From Clostridia bacterium (lineage in GTDB: Bacteria; Bacillota; Clostridia; Oscillospirales; CAG-272), in NCBI GenBank assembly GCA_017456895.1, contig JAFTIN010000003.1:47-64046 (forward strand): a stretch of 64,000 bases of DNA, read 5' to 3'. Shown here in pieces: positions 17,964-27,574 of this stretch. The translations under genes and the position numbers were made by a program. A model generated the notes under the pieces. That model was not told the origin of the DNA, did not search any database, and worked only from the letters and a program-made list of their open reading frames with translations. The stretch's first letter is position 1, and the number at the start of each line of letters is the position of its first letter.

Positions 17964-19718
17964 ATGATTCATTGTAACAAGTGTGGCTACGTCGGCGCAT
18001 ATTACGGCCCGAAGTGTCCCTCTTGCAAAGAAGCTTTTAATCTCACACCCGAAGAGATAGAAGAAAAGATAATTGAAATCGAGAAGGCGGAGGAGTCAAA
18101 GCAATATGAACTCGCTGCCGAGGGACACCACGTCCTGGCCGACGCGGGAAGAACCGAGTCCCAGAAAAAATACGCGGCTATGCTCGAGAAGGGCGACGGT
18201 GTCGCGCGCGACCTTGACGCCGCGATGGAATACTACTATATGGCTGCGGAGAAGAACGACGCTATGAGCGCCTACCGTTACTCACGTCTTGCGGAGAGGA
18301 CGAGCGATAAGGCCGCCTTCTTCTGGCTCAACTATGCCGCCGCGCTCGGATGTGTGGAGTCCTACCCCGCCCTTGCTGAAAAGCTGGCGAGAAACGGCGA
18401 GGACGAGCTCGCAAACTACTACTACGCTCTCTCTGCCGCGTACGACGTTACCGACTCTATCGTCACCTTGGCTAAGAGATACTACAACGGTATAGGCACC
18501 GAGCAGAATCTCCCCTACGCCAAGTGGTATATGGACAAGCTCATTCTCCCGCCGATCCACGCCATCAAGATGGCATATAAGCTCCGCTCGGTAAAGGCGG
18601 AGGATCCGGGAGTACCAAGGCACCCCGACTTCGACAAAATGCTCCGCCGTCTGGCTATCAGAGCGCAGGACTACGGCTATATCAAGGCCTATCACAATCT
18701 GTGCAAAATGCTCAGCGACAGAGATGATATGCAGGCAAGAATGATCCTCGGTATGCTCTATGCAGAGGGTACCGGATGCAACCGAGATATAGATACTGCG
18801 CTCGCCCTGCTCTCGAGCTCCGCCTCCCACGGTAACGCCGAGGCATACCGTCATATGGGAGACATCTTTGTCTCGGGTAAGCTCGTAAAGGCAGACGCAG
18901 ATAAGGCTCTCGAGTGCTATAAAGCAGCCGCCGAGCTCGGTATGACCAACGCATACGAAACCATGGGTGACATATACCGACTCGGTGAGATCGTCCCCCG
19001 TGACGTGGCAAGAGCGATCGAGCTTTACGATATAGGCGCCAAGGAGGGACACTCCGGCGCAAGAGAAAAGTCCGAGACGCTCAAAGCCAAGCGAGAGGAG
19101 CTATACAACGTCGGACTCGCAATGAGAAGCTCAACCCCCGAGCAATCATTCCGTGCTCTCGCCATCTCCTCGAGTATGGGATATATCCCGGCATACAAGG
19201 AAATGGCCCGCTCCTTCCTCCACGGCTACGGCGTAAAGAAAAACCGCACTCAGGCCTACCTCTGGTTTGAGAAGGCTGTGAAGAGCGGTGACGACGAGGC
19301 TATCTATGAATACGGCCTTTGCTTCTCGAGGGGCATAGGCACCGCCTTTAACTTTGACAACGCCACGAGAGTACTCTCCGTAGCGGTAAGGCTCGGATCT
19401 GCCGAGGCAAAGGCCGAGATCGAGAGACTTATGGAAAACAAGCGCCGTCATATGCTCAAGAAGGTATACTCAAAGGCCATGACGCTTATCCACAAAAAGG
19501 ACTTTAAAGAGGCCGAAAAGCTCCTTAGAATTTGCCTAAGACTCGGTCACGGCAAGGGAATATACACCCTCGGCTGTCTCAACGAGTTCGGACTCGGTAT
19601 CCCAACAAACAGAGAGATCGCCTTCCGTCTTTATGAGACCGCGTTTGAATTGAAGTTTAGAGACCCCAGAGCAGTATACAAGCTTAGAATACTCAGAATG
19701 GCAAGAACTTATAGCTGA
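17964..19718 (+). CDS. Sel1-repeat protein with N-terminal zinc ribbon
   Basis: CNKC...CPSC at the N-terminus; many Sel1 repeats (LGMLYAEGTGCNRD, A..WFEKAV..G). Confidence 0.85.
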   Translation: MIHCNKCGYVGAYYGPKCPSCKEAFNLTPEEIEEKIIEIEKAEESKQYELAAEGHHVLADAGRTESQKKYAAMLEKGDGVARDLDAAMEYYYMAAEKNDAMSAYRYSRLAERTSDKAAFFWLNYAAALGCVESYPALAEKLARNGEDELANYYYALSAAYDVTDSIVTLAKRYYNGIGTEQNLPYAKWYMDKLILPPIHAIKMAYKLRSVKAEDPGVPRHPDFDKMLRRLAIRAQDYGYIKAYHNLCKMLSDRDDMQARMILGMLYAEGTGCNRDIDTALALLSSSASHGNAEAYRHMGDIFVSGKLVKADADKALECYKAAAELGMTNAYETMGDIYRLGEIVPRDVARAIELYDIGAKEGHSGAREKSETLKAKREELYNVGLAMRSSTPEQSFRALAISSSMGYIPAYKEMARSFLHGYGVKKNRTQAYLWFEKAVKSGDDEAIYEYGLCFSRGIGTAFNFDNATRVLSVAVRLGSAEAKAEIERLMENKRRHMLKKVYSKAMTLIHKKDFKEAEKLLRICLRLGHGKGIYTLGCLNEFGLGIPTNREIAFRLYETAFELKFRDPRAVYKLRILRMARTYS

Positions 19719-19764
19719 TTTTGACAACCTAAGTTTTCATATTTTTGTATTTAATAATAAAAAC

Positions 19765-19789
19765 AAGGCGAGGATTTTTTCCTCGCCTT
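19765..19789. terminator. Bidirectional terminator
   Basis: AAGGCGAGG...CCTCGCCTT between convergent genes. Confidence 0.75.
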
Positions 19790-19806
19790 AATTTATTTAT
19801 TCGTTT

Positions 19807-21450
19807 TTAGATCTTGTTTGCGTTAGCAATAAGCTTTTCTATAGCATAGTCATAGACAACGAGCTCGAACCAGTAATCATCGTCAAACTGTCCCTTTACG
19901 GTATTCTTTGCATCCTCGAGCTTAGTCTCGTAATCCTCGGAATCCTCGGTGATCTTGTAGTAGTCAAGGTATGTCTGAAGATGCTCGTCAAAGATCTCCT
20001 CGTAGATAGCGTCATACTCCTCATCTTCGGGAATAAGATTCTCCTCGCGGATGATGTAGTAGAACGCGAGCTTCTGCTTTATAGCAGTTTCCGCGTTGTC
20101 ACGTACCGCCTTCTTCCAGTCGCTGCCGCTCTCGAGACCGAGATAAGCAAGCGCGAAGTAATCAACGCTGCTGTAATAGCTGGAGTATCCGCTCACATAA
20201 AGAGAATTGATTTCTGCGATCTCGCTGTTATACTGCTCCTCGACCTCGCTCTCGGGGAGCTTCTTGTAATTTGCATTTGCAATTACGTGATCCCAAAGTG
20301 CAAGCTCAACAGCAGATCTGACCTTAGCGTCATATTCCTCCTTAAGATCTGCCATAAGAGAATTCTTATACTTCTCTACGAGAGTCTCACCCTCGAAAGA
20401 AGCAAGATCCTCAGCCTTAAGCTTAAGAGTCTCGGTGATGAACTTATCATCGAGCTCGGGGGTCTCATAATCCTGAGCGGTCTTGATGTATACCTCAAAG
20501 TATGCGGTCTTGTTGCGGAGGCTCTCCTCGTTGTAGTCGTAGGGGAAATAAGTCTCAACGACAAGTCTTTCGCCCTCGCTGATCCTGTAGGCCTCAGAGA
20601 TAGTCATATCGAAGTAAACGTCGGTGGGATTTACGTCATCGCTCTCTCTGGTGCTCTCAACTCTGAGCTTATTTTCACTGTCGGCATCTGTACCGAATTT
20701 TACTCCGATAGGCTTGCCGGCGTGCTTGTTGAAGTACTCTGCAAAGCCCTTGCCCCATTCCTCGTCAACCGCCTCGGGATCGGAGAGGTCGATGATAGCG
20801 GTCTGTGCCATTCTCGCAGTACCGTCCGCGTGGTAGGAGGAGTAGGTGAGCTTGATAATGTCACCGGATGCGGTATTTCCGCTGGTGAGCTTGGTAAAGG
20901 TCGCGTAGTCCTTCTGATTTTTTCCTATAAGATTATACTCAAAGCCGGAGATAAAGCTGCCGGAGCCGATCTCGAGCGAGTAATAGGTAGAGTCTGTAAA
21001 GTTGCATCCGCCGTCAAAGTATTCCTTCTCGCCATCCTCACCGAGGGTGTAACCGCGGTAATAAATGTTGGCAACGTCGCCCACGGAAAGCGTAACGTTC
21101 GGACGGTTGATAGGCTTGTCGTCAGGTACTATCTTGTTCTTGCAGAGAACCTTGATTATCGCGTTATTAAGATCCTTCTCGTTTACCTCGGGAACCTCGA
21201 TCTTAACGTCGTAGCTCGAGTAGACGTCAGCGGATATCGTAACGTACTTCGAGAGATTCGTCTTCATATAGTCGATCGACTTATTCTTGTTAACGTTAAG
21301 CGCAATCGCAACTATAACGCTTGCTAAAATGCCTACGAGAGCTATGGAAGCGAAGACGATCAGAAAGATTCCGGTCGCGTCGAGCTTCTTTTTCTCCTCG
21401 CCATTCTTAGGCTGCTGTTTTGCAGGCTTTGTATTATTCTTATTTGACAT
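19807..21450 (-). CDS. Membrane-anchored trigger-factor-like FKBP PPIase/chaperone
   Basis: N-terminal TM; GDVANIYYRG, FDGG, LEIGSGSFISGFE..LIG, FPYDY, then TF C-terminal helical domain; no GFRxGK ribosome-binding motif. Confidence 0.8.
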   Translation of the reverse strand: MSNKNNTKPAKQQPKNGEEKKKLDATGIFLIVFASIALVGILASVIVAIALNVNKNKSIDYMKTNLSKYVTISADVYSSYDVKIEVPEVNEKDLNNAIIKVLCKNKIVPDDKPINRPNVTLSVGDVANIYYRGYTLGEDGEKEYFDGGCNFTDSTYYSLEIGSGSFISGFEYNLIGKNQKDYATFTKLTSGNTASGDIIKLTYSSYHADGTARMAQTAIIDLSDPEAVDEEWGKGFAEYFNKHAGKPIGVKFGTDADSENKLRVESTRESDDVNPTDVYFDMTISEAYRISEGERLVVETYFPYDYNEESLRNKTAYFEVYIKTAQDYETPELDDKFITETLKLKAEDLASFEGETLVEKYKNSLMADLKEEYDAKVRSAVELALWDHVIANANYKKLPESEVEEQYNSEIAEINSLYVSGYSSYYSSVDYFALAYLGLESGSDWKKAVRDNAETAIKQKLAFYYIIREENLIPEDEEYDAIYEEIFDEHLQTYLDYYKITEDSEDYETKLEDAKNTVKGQFDDDYWFELVVYDYAIEKLIANANKI

Positions 21451-21468
21451 TGTTTTCTCCTGTATTTT

Positions 21469-21912
21469 TTAGAACGGACTGTTTTCTAAGGAATCTGCGT
21501 ATGAGGTGGCGAGCTTATCACATCTTTCATTGTACGGATGACCGTTATGCCCCTTGATCCACACGAATGTGACGCGGTGTATCTCGGTGAGCTCATACAG
21601 TCTCTGCCAGAGGTCGGGATTTTTAAGTCCGCCCGATTTACTCCAGCCCTTATCACGCCAGGCATATATCCACCCCTCGTTGTAGGCGTCGACAAGATAC
21701 TTAGAGTCCGACTGCAGCGTGACACAGCACGGCTCCTTCAGAGCCTCGAGCCCCTTGATGGCGCCGAGCAGCTCCATTCTGTTATTCGTGGTTTCGATTT
21801 CTCCGCCGGACAGCTCCTTTTCATACTTGCCGTATACGAGGATCGCACCCCAGCCGCCGGGACCGGGATTCCCCCTGCAGGCGCCATCCGTGTAAAGACT
21901 TACTTGCTTCAT
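21469..21912 (-). CDS. rnhA: Ribonuclease HI
   Basis: [42 protein letters not shown]. Confidence 0.97.
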   Translation of the reverse strand: MKQVSLYTDGACRGNPGPGGWGAILVYGKYEKELSGGEIETTNNRMELLGAIKGLEALKEPCCVTLQSDSKYLVDAYNEGWIYAWRDKGWSKSGGLKNPDLWQRLYELTEIHRVTFVWIKGHNGHPYNERCDKLATSYADSLENSPF

Positions 21913-21929
21913 AGTCTTCCTTTTTATAA

Positions 21930-21969
21930 TTAAAGGACTGTACCTTCATTAAATAGGACAGTCCTTTAA
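21930..21969. terminator. Inverted repeat / terminator after the lipoprotein gene
   Basis: TTAAAGGACTGT...ACAGTCCTTTAA. Confidence 0.6.
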
Positions 21970-21981
21970 TTCGTCGGTTAA

Positions 21982-24318
21982 TTATTTATCCTCTGCCTCG
22001 GTGGTGTAGCTTACGTGCTTGTAAATTACGTCGAGAACGACATCCTCCATGGACTCGTCAACCTCGAGAAGGTAATTCATAGCCTTGTCGAACTGACCTG
22101 CATGATAGCTGTCGTCTACGTTGTAGGTGAAGGAAAGACCGTACTGCTGATAAAGGAGAGCGGTGTTCTCAAGGTTCTTCTTGATTTCCTTCTTCTCATC
22201 CTTAGTGAGAGTAACGTCTGCGCCTTCCCACTTCTCTTCAACCGCATTAGCGAATACGTAGATAATGATGATATCCTTTACGGTATCTTCAGCTTCCTTC
22301 TGGATGTTCGCCTTAACGTCATCCATATCGCCCTTGTTGTTGGTTACCTTATCGATAAGGTAAAGGTCGAAGTCGCCGTTGTAATGAGCAAAGTTGGTCT
22401 CAGTGCTGGTAGAGGTCGTGCTTCCGGTTGCGGAATACTTGCCCTCGTAGAAGTCGTACTTATAAGTGTTCATGATCGCCTTGTAAGCATTCTTAACAGC
22501 CCTCTTGGGAAGGTTGCCCTCAAAGGTTACGTTCTTCTCAAGGTACTCGATAACCTTAGCAGCGATCTTATTGTTGATATCAGACTTGTATGCAGCCTCG
22601 AGAGCATCGTACTGATAGGTCTCGTAGTTCTCAACAAGGCCTTCTGCAACGCCGGTCTCACCCTTCTTGCATGCGAGGATAGCGTCTATCTTTTCCTCTA
22701 CTTCCTTCTCTGCGTTATCAGCAGCGGTCTTAGCGGTGAGATAATCCTTAGTAGCGTTCTGAAGCTTGGTCTTAAGAGATGCGGTCTCACTCTCGGAGGT
22801 ACCTGCATCCTTAGCAAGGTTGGACTGAGCGGTGGTGAGAGCCTTAAGAGCGTCTGCAACTGCCTTCTCCTTGGTGGTGATAGTGCTGTTGAGAGTTACG
22901 AGCTCACCAACGAGAGCTGCAAGGGTCTTGTCACCGTTCTTATATTCATCATCGTTGAGAATGTCGAATACGTACTCGGTCTCGTGCTCGTGCTCCTCCT
23001 CGGTGTGGTCATGCTCCTTGGTCTGAGTAGCATTAACGGTGGAGTAGAACTCGCGGAGGATAAGCTCTGCGCTTACCTTTTCAACGTCAAGATAATATAC
23101 GGGGAATACGTAGTATGTGAGCTCCTTCTCGTTGAGCTCGATCTTGTCGCCGTAGGTGTTGGTCTCGGTCTTCTTATTGGTCTTCTCCTCGTTGAGAGCC
23201 TCGGGATAAGGAGTGTACTTGATCTCGATAGCCTCGTTTATTTCGTTAACGATCCAGTTTACCTTAACGTTGGTGTACTTGATCTCAACGGTCTGGTCAC
23301 CAACAGTACCCTTCTTCTCGGTAATGGAGGAGGTAGTAGAGCCTGCGGTCTTGCCAACGAGCTGACCGATGAAGGTCTTGTCATCAGCGGCAACCGTGTC
23401 GGAGCCCTCAGCGGGAACGTCAGCAACTGCCTTAAGAGCCTCGTAGGAAACGGTTGCCTTGTAGTTGCCCTCGCCGTCTACGTTAGAAGCGGAGAAGCCC
23501 TCGGGAAGCTTGTAGGTGCTTGTCTCCTCGTCGAACCAAGGAGTAGCGTCGAAGCTGTATGTGTAGGTAACGAAGATGGTGTCGCCGTCAGCTACGGTAG
23601 AGGAGCTGTTGTCCTTAACGATAGACTCGATCTTAACCTCGGAGTAGGTGCACTCGATCTCATTCTCGGTAACCTTGATTTCGTCAAGAGTAACGCCAAC
23701 CTGCTTGCCGATAAGAGCAGCGTGGAGCTCGTTGTTCTCGCCGAGAACTACGTAGTCGTTATACTTCTTCTCAGTCTTGGTCTGATCGCCCTCGAGCCAG
23801 GTCTTAACGTAAGAAAGAGAGATAGCGTCACCCTTTCCTGCTACGGAAGCGGAAGAGGTGGAGTAAATGTGATCAGCGATGTCGCCTGCGGAGATAACGC
23901 CGTCGGAAATAGCCTTGTTAAGGTCTACGAGAGAGGTAACGCCTACCTGAAGGTTGGTCGCCTTGGTCTCGTCCATCTTTGCAGCGTAGAAGACGTTGCC
24001 ATCCTCATCCATTGCAAAATAGCAGAAGTAGAGAGAGTCATACTTCTCTACGTTGCCGGCAAACTTCTTGTCGGTGGTATCGGTAACCTTAAGAATTGCT
24101 GCGGCAATAGCCTCCTCAACCTTTACAAGTCTGGTAGCCTCATCAGTACCGAAGTCGCCGTCCTCGATGGAGAGCGCCTGGAGAGCAGAATAGAACTTGT
24201 CAAAGTCAAGCGTTGCGTACTCGGACACATCATCCTTAGCATAGTTGTATGCACAACCGGTAAGGGTGAGGAATGCCAGAGCAACAACAAGAATTAAACT
24301 GATAATTCTCTTTTTCAT
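21982..24318 (-). CDS. Large acidic lipoprotein, divergent trigger-factor-like protein
   Basis: Lipobox LTGC; 'YNYAKDDVSEY' parallels 'DYMKTNLSKY' of the neighbouring TF-like protein; FKBP-like modules and helical C-terminus. Confidence 0.6.
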   Translation of the reverse strand: MKKRIISLILVVALAFLTLTGCAYNYAKDDVSEYATLDFDKFYSALQALSIEDGDFGTDEATRLVKVEEAIAAAILKVTDTTDKKFAGNVEKYDSLYFCYFAMDEDGNVFYAAKMDETKATNLQVGVTSLVDLNKAISDGVISAGDIADHIYSTSSASVAGKGDAISLSYVKTWLEGDQTKTEKKYNDYVVLGENNELHAALIGKQVGVTLDEIKVTENEIECTYSEVKIESIVKDNSSSTVADGDTIFVTYTYSFDATPWFDEETSTYKLPEGFSASNVDGEGNYKATVSYEALKAVADVPAEGSDTVAADDKTFIGQLVGKTAGSTTSSITEKKGTVGDQTVEIKYTNVKVNWIVNEINEAIEIKYTPYPEALNEEKTNKKTETNTYGDKIELNEKELTYYVFPVYYLDVEKVSAELILREFYSTVNATQTKEHDHTEEEHEHETEYVFDILNDDEYKNGDKTLAALVGELVTLNSTITTKEKAVADALKALTTAQSNLAKDAGTSESETASLKTKLQNATKDYLTAKTAADNAEKEVEEKIDAILACKKGETGVAEGLVENYETYQYDALEAAYKSDINNKIAAKVIEYLEKNVTFEGNLPKRAVKNAYKAIMNTYKYDFYEGKYSATGSTTSTSTETNFAHYNGDFDLYLIDKVTNNKGDMDDVKANIQKEAEDTVKDIIIIYVFANAVEEKWEGADVTLTKDEKKEIKKNLENTALLYQQYGLSFTYNVDDSYHAGQFDKAMNYLLEVDESMEDVVLDVIYKHVSYTTEAEDK

Positions 24319-24432
24319 TGTTTGTTTCCTCGTATATAATTTATTTTTTAGAACATTTTTAAGTACCGTTCCGGGGTACGTCCGCCCGTAAAAATCACCT
24401 GTTTTTCGCATGGTGACAATTCAAGCCATAAC

Positions 24433-24461
24433 ATTATATCATATTATTTTATAAAATGCAA
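24433..24461 (-). promoter_or_regulatory. SigA-type promoter
   Basis: TTGCAT-N17-TATAAT with upstream TG. Confidence 0.55.
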
Positions 24462-24579
24462 ACCTTTTTCCAAAAAATAATAATTTTTTTAAACTTTTTT
24501 ACGCTATGACGGATTTAGTCCGTTTTTTTTCACTTTTTTATGCGATTTTCATAGCAAAGATCGGGTTTTGCACTAAAAA

Positions 24580-27564
24580 TCAAGTGTAGCTGACGCCCTC
24601 GTCAACCTCCTTACCGTTAAGAAGATAGATATAATGGTTTACGAGCTTCTTAAAGGCGAACGTCGTGACGTAATAATCCGAAACCTCGCCAAGGTGCTCG
24701 ATCTTGTTTCCATCCGCGTCACTTCTGTAGAAGCGGACCATAATGCGGCGGTCATCGAGTCTGTAGAAATCGTAGGTATAGTAATATTCCTTACCGTCAA
24801 CGCGAAGATGCATACGCAAGATCCTCGGCCCTGTAAGACCGACGGCCTGCTCGTCCTCGGTGAGGTAATCGAAATATCTGGTGAGCTGCAGCGTCTCGTA
24901 TACGCTGTTGAAGTATGCGGCGCCGAGCGTGTCATTGGTGCCGGGATAGTACGCGGTCTTTCCGCCTCCTATCGTGTGATCGTAAAGCGTGGAGATATCT
25001 CCCCACTCATTTCCGAACATTTTTGTAAACTCGGTCTCAAACGAGCCCTCGGCCGCCTTGACTCTGACTATCTCGTGCTCGATGGGTGAGGAGCCCTGGA
25101 AGGCCTCTTCTCTGATCACGTAGTCGTTGCCGACGTATCCGCCGTAAGCTTCCTTAAAGACCACGTCGAAATTATAAGTGCCGGAAAGATCCTGCATATT
25201 GAACTCAAGCTTCAATCCCCGGAGCTTAGTAATGTCCATCATTACAAGATTCTTTCTCGCCCAGAAGTCGACGAAGCCGTACTCGAGGAAATCAAAGTCT
25301 GCGGAAGGAACCTTGGCTACAAGGTCGTACATATCCGAGCCGATATATCTGATCCTCGATCCGTCCTCATCGTACACGGGGTCGCTGATATAAAGAGTAA
25401 AGCCGAGGGTTGATATCCAACCGAAATCACTCATATCGTTGCTGTTATCGCCCTCGAGGTCCTCGCTGGCGTCGTAAATACCTCTCGGCATCTCGAAGTA
25501 GATCCTGTGAGCAAAGAGGCCGTACTTTTCCATATTCTCAAGAGTGAGTCCTATGGCCACGGTGGTGCCGGAAAGGCCTACAGCGCTGTTACTGTCCTTT
25601 CCTATTCCGCCAAGAAGCTTGACCGCGGTCTCACAGGAGCCGGAGTTGAGTCCGTAAAGCCTGTACTCGTTAGTGAGAGTGTTCTCAAAGAAGGTATCTC
25701 CGTAGAATGGGTCTCTCTCGGAGGCGTTGCGGAATCTGAATGAGACAATTATCTCGTTAGCGACGAAATACTCGATCCTTGAGATCTCGTAGGTCACGAA
25801 CTCTCTCATAAATTCATAAGAGAACGTCTCGTTGTAGATCACCTCATTGTAGCTTCCCTTACCCTTACCGAGAAGGAAGGTCTTAAGAGGAGCAAGCTTA
25901 TCCGTATCGGAAATGTCCGCAAGACGGATTATTGCGCTGCCCGTCTTGGCAGCATCGGTGCCTGCGGTACGCTTGTAGGTAATGGTAACGTAGGTGTCCT
26001 CGGTTACCGTGTTGACCACCGCGCCGTACTCGTCAAAGATAGAGGTGACTCCGGTGAGCACGTACTTCTCTGTCGATTTAAGCGAATTGTCCTTGGTATA
26101 TTCAACCGTAAGTGTGACGGCATCCGCGCCGAGATCCTTACCTATCTCAAGGCCGACGAACTTATCTGCGTCAAGCGACGTGAGATCTCCTACATCAATT
26201 ATACCGTGACAGTCGTAATTTACCGTTTGCCCCCCTACCGTGTAGCGGTAAGTGACCTTAAAGAGCTTGTGAGATGAGTCGGTAATGCCACTCGTTATCT
26301 CGTCTGTATCGGTCAGCACGGACTCTATTTTCGTCACGCTGTACGTGTATTCAACGTTCTCGGACTCGCCAAAGGAGAGCTTCTTTTCCTCTGTCTGGAA
26401 GAGCTCTGTAATAAGCGTTATCAGTATCTCGTTTCCGTCGTAAGAGCCGACGTTCTTACCCTTTAAGGCAGCCTTTATTCTCTCATAATCGGGATGAGCC
26501 TTGAGCGCCTCAAGATCGAAGGAAAGGCTTGTACTTTCCTCGGTATCATAACCGGAGAAGTCGCCCGACTCGGGAACAAACTCAAGCCCCTTGTCAACGC
26601 TGGCGTAGTAAGAACCGTTAACTACCACGTTGGGATTCTCATAGTTCTTATAGACCGCATCGTCGGACGTGAAGACTCTGTCCGACTCTTCCTTAAACAC
26701 GGTACCCGTCCACTTCTTGAAATCGGTGGTGAGGTAGGGGCCGTAGACAGACTCGCCCTCGAGTCCCTCGGCAACGAGCATGCCCTTGATAAATTCATTG
26801 AAGCCTGCAAGAGCGTACTTGAAGTACTCGCTCTTGGTGTAGTAGACGTAATCTCTGCCGTCTACCATAAAGTAATATCCGACGCCCGAGAGCGCCTTGT
26901 CGCCGATGATGATAACGTGCGCCTCATCGGTGCCCTCGATTATCTGTCCGGTCTTTTTGTCCCTCTCTCCGTAGATGAAGGAAACCGTCGAGCTCTCGCT
27001 CTTTGTAAGACCGTACTCTCGGAGGAGCGCGTCTCTTCTCGCCGCGCCCTCCTCGTTGTCTGCCGAGGGAAGCTCTATTCTCTCTGTAAAGTAAGGAGCT
27101 CCTATAGCCGAGCAAAGGTAGGTGAGATAGTATATCATACCGTATCCGTCACCCGTCTCTGTGGCGTAAAGGTCCTCGTAATCAAACTCACCCTCTGCGC
27201 CGACAATAGGGGGCGTGTAAGGAATTGCGCCCTCTTTTCCGTCCACGTAGTAGTGGAAGAGGAAGCTTCCCTGGTCGTCGGGGTATCTTGAAAGGCCGAA
27301 GTTACCTGTCTTATTCTTGAGCTCGACAAAGAGTATCTGTCCTTCCTCTATCCAGGGATAGGCGATCATCTGATTCAGGTAAGTCGACTCTCCGGGCTTA
27401 AGCTCGGGCCTCTCGGCCGTCTGCCCGTTGCCCTTGTTGTTTTCGGATATCTTCTTGATCACGAGCACGGTCGTTAGGCACGCCGCGGCAAGGACAAGAG
27501 ATATTATCAGAAGCCAGATGGTAGCGATCTGCGCTTTGCTCAGTTTTCTTTCTACTGCTCTCAC
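24580..27564 (-). CDS. Large single-TM extracellular protein, DUF4340-like partner of the Gld-type ABC system (994 aa)
   Basis: N-terminal TM; repeated 'LREYGL'/'MEKYGL...IG....YY..VDG..VY' features; last gene of the gldA/F/G-like cluster. Confidence 0.6.
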   Translation of the reverse strand: MRAVERKLSKAQIATIWLLIISLVLAAACLTTVLVIKKISENNKGNGQTAERPELKPGESTYLNQMIAYPWIEEGQILFVELKNKTGNFGLSRYPDDQGSFLFHYYVDGKEGAIPYTPPIVGAEGEFDYEDLYATETGDGYGMIYYLTYLCSAIGAPYFTERIELPSADNEEGAARRDALLREYGLTKSESSTVSFIYGERDKKTGQIIEGTDEAHVIIIGDKALSGVGYYFMVDGRDYVYYTKSEYFKYALAGFNEFIKGMLVAEGLEGESVYGPYLTTDFKKWTGTVFKEESDRVFTSDDAVYKNYENPNVVVNGSYYASVDKGLEFVPESGDFSGYDTEESTSLSFDLEALKAHPDYERIKAALKGKNVGSYDGNEILITLITELFQTEEKKLSFGESENVEYTYSVTKIESVLTDTDEITSGITDSSHKLFKVTYRYTVGGQTVNYDCHGIIDVGDLTSLDADKFVGLEIGKDLGADAVTLTVEYTKDNSLKSTEKYVLTGVTSIFDEYGAVVNTVTEDTYVTITYKRTAGTDAAKTGSAIIRLADISDTDKLAPLKTFLLGKGKGSYNEVIYNETFSYEFMREFVTYEISRIEYFVANEIIVSFRFRNASERDPFYGDTFFENTLTNEYRLYGLNSGSCETAVKLLGGIGKDSNSAVGLSGTTVAIGLTLENMEKYGLFAHRIYFEMPRGIYDASEDLEGDNSNDMSDFGWISTLGFTLYISDPVYDEDGSRIRYIGSDMYDLVAKVPSADFDFLEYGFVDFWARKNLVMMDITKLRGLKLEFNMQDLSGTYNFDVVFKEAYGGYVGNDYVIREEAFQGSSPIEHEIVRVKAAEGSFETEFTKMFGNEWGDISTLYDHTIGGGKTAYYPGTNDTLGAAYFNSVYETLQLTRYFDYLTEDEQAVGLTGPRILRMHLRVDGKEYYYTYDFYRLDDRRIMVRFYRSDADGNKIEHLGEVSDYYVTTFAFKKLVNHYIYLLNGKEVDEGVSYT

Positions 27565-27574
27565 ATCTGCCTCC

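Noticed and set aside
17651-17977. 108-aa + strand ORF
   Set aside because: Spans promoters and AT-rich intergenic DNA; the minus-strand 61-aa ORF has the SD
22015-24297. 760-aa antisense ORF (likewise 19981..21327, 42943..44361, 61464..63110, 36679..37629)
   Set aside because: Mirror frames of well-supported genes with no independent coding signal
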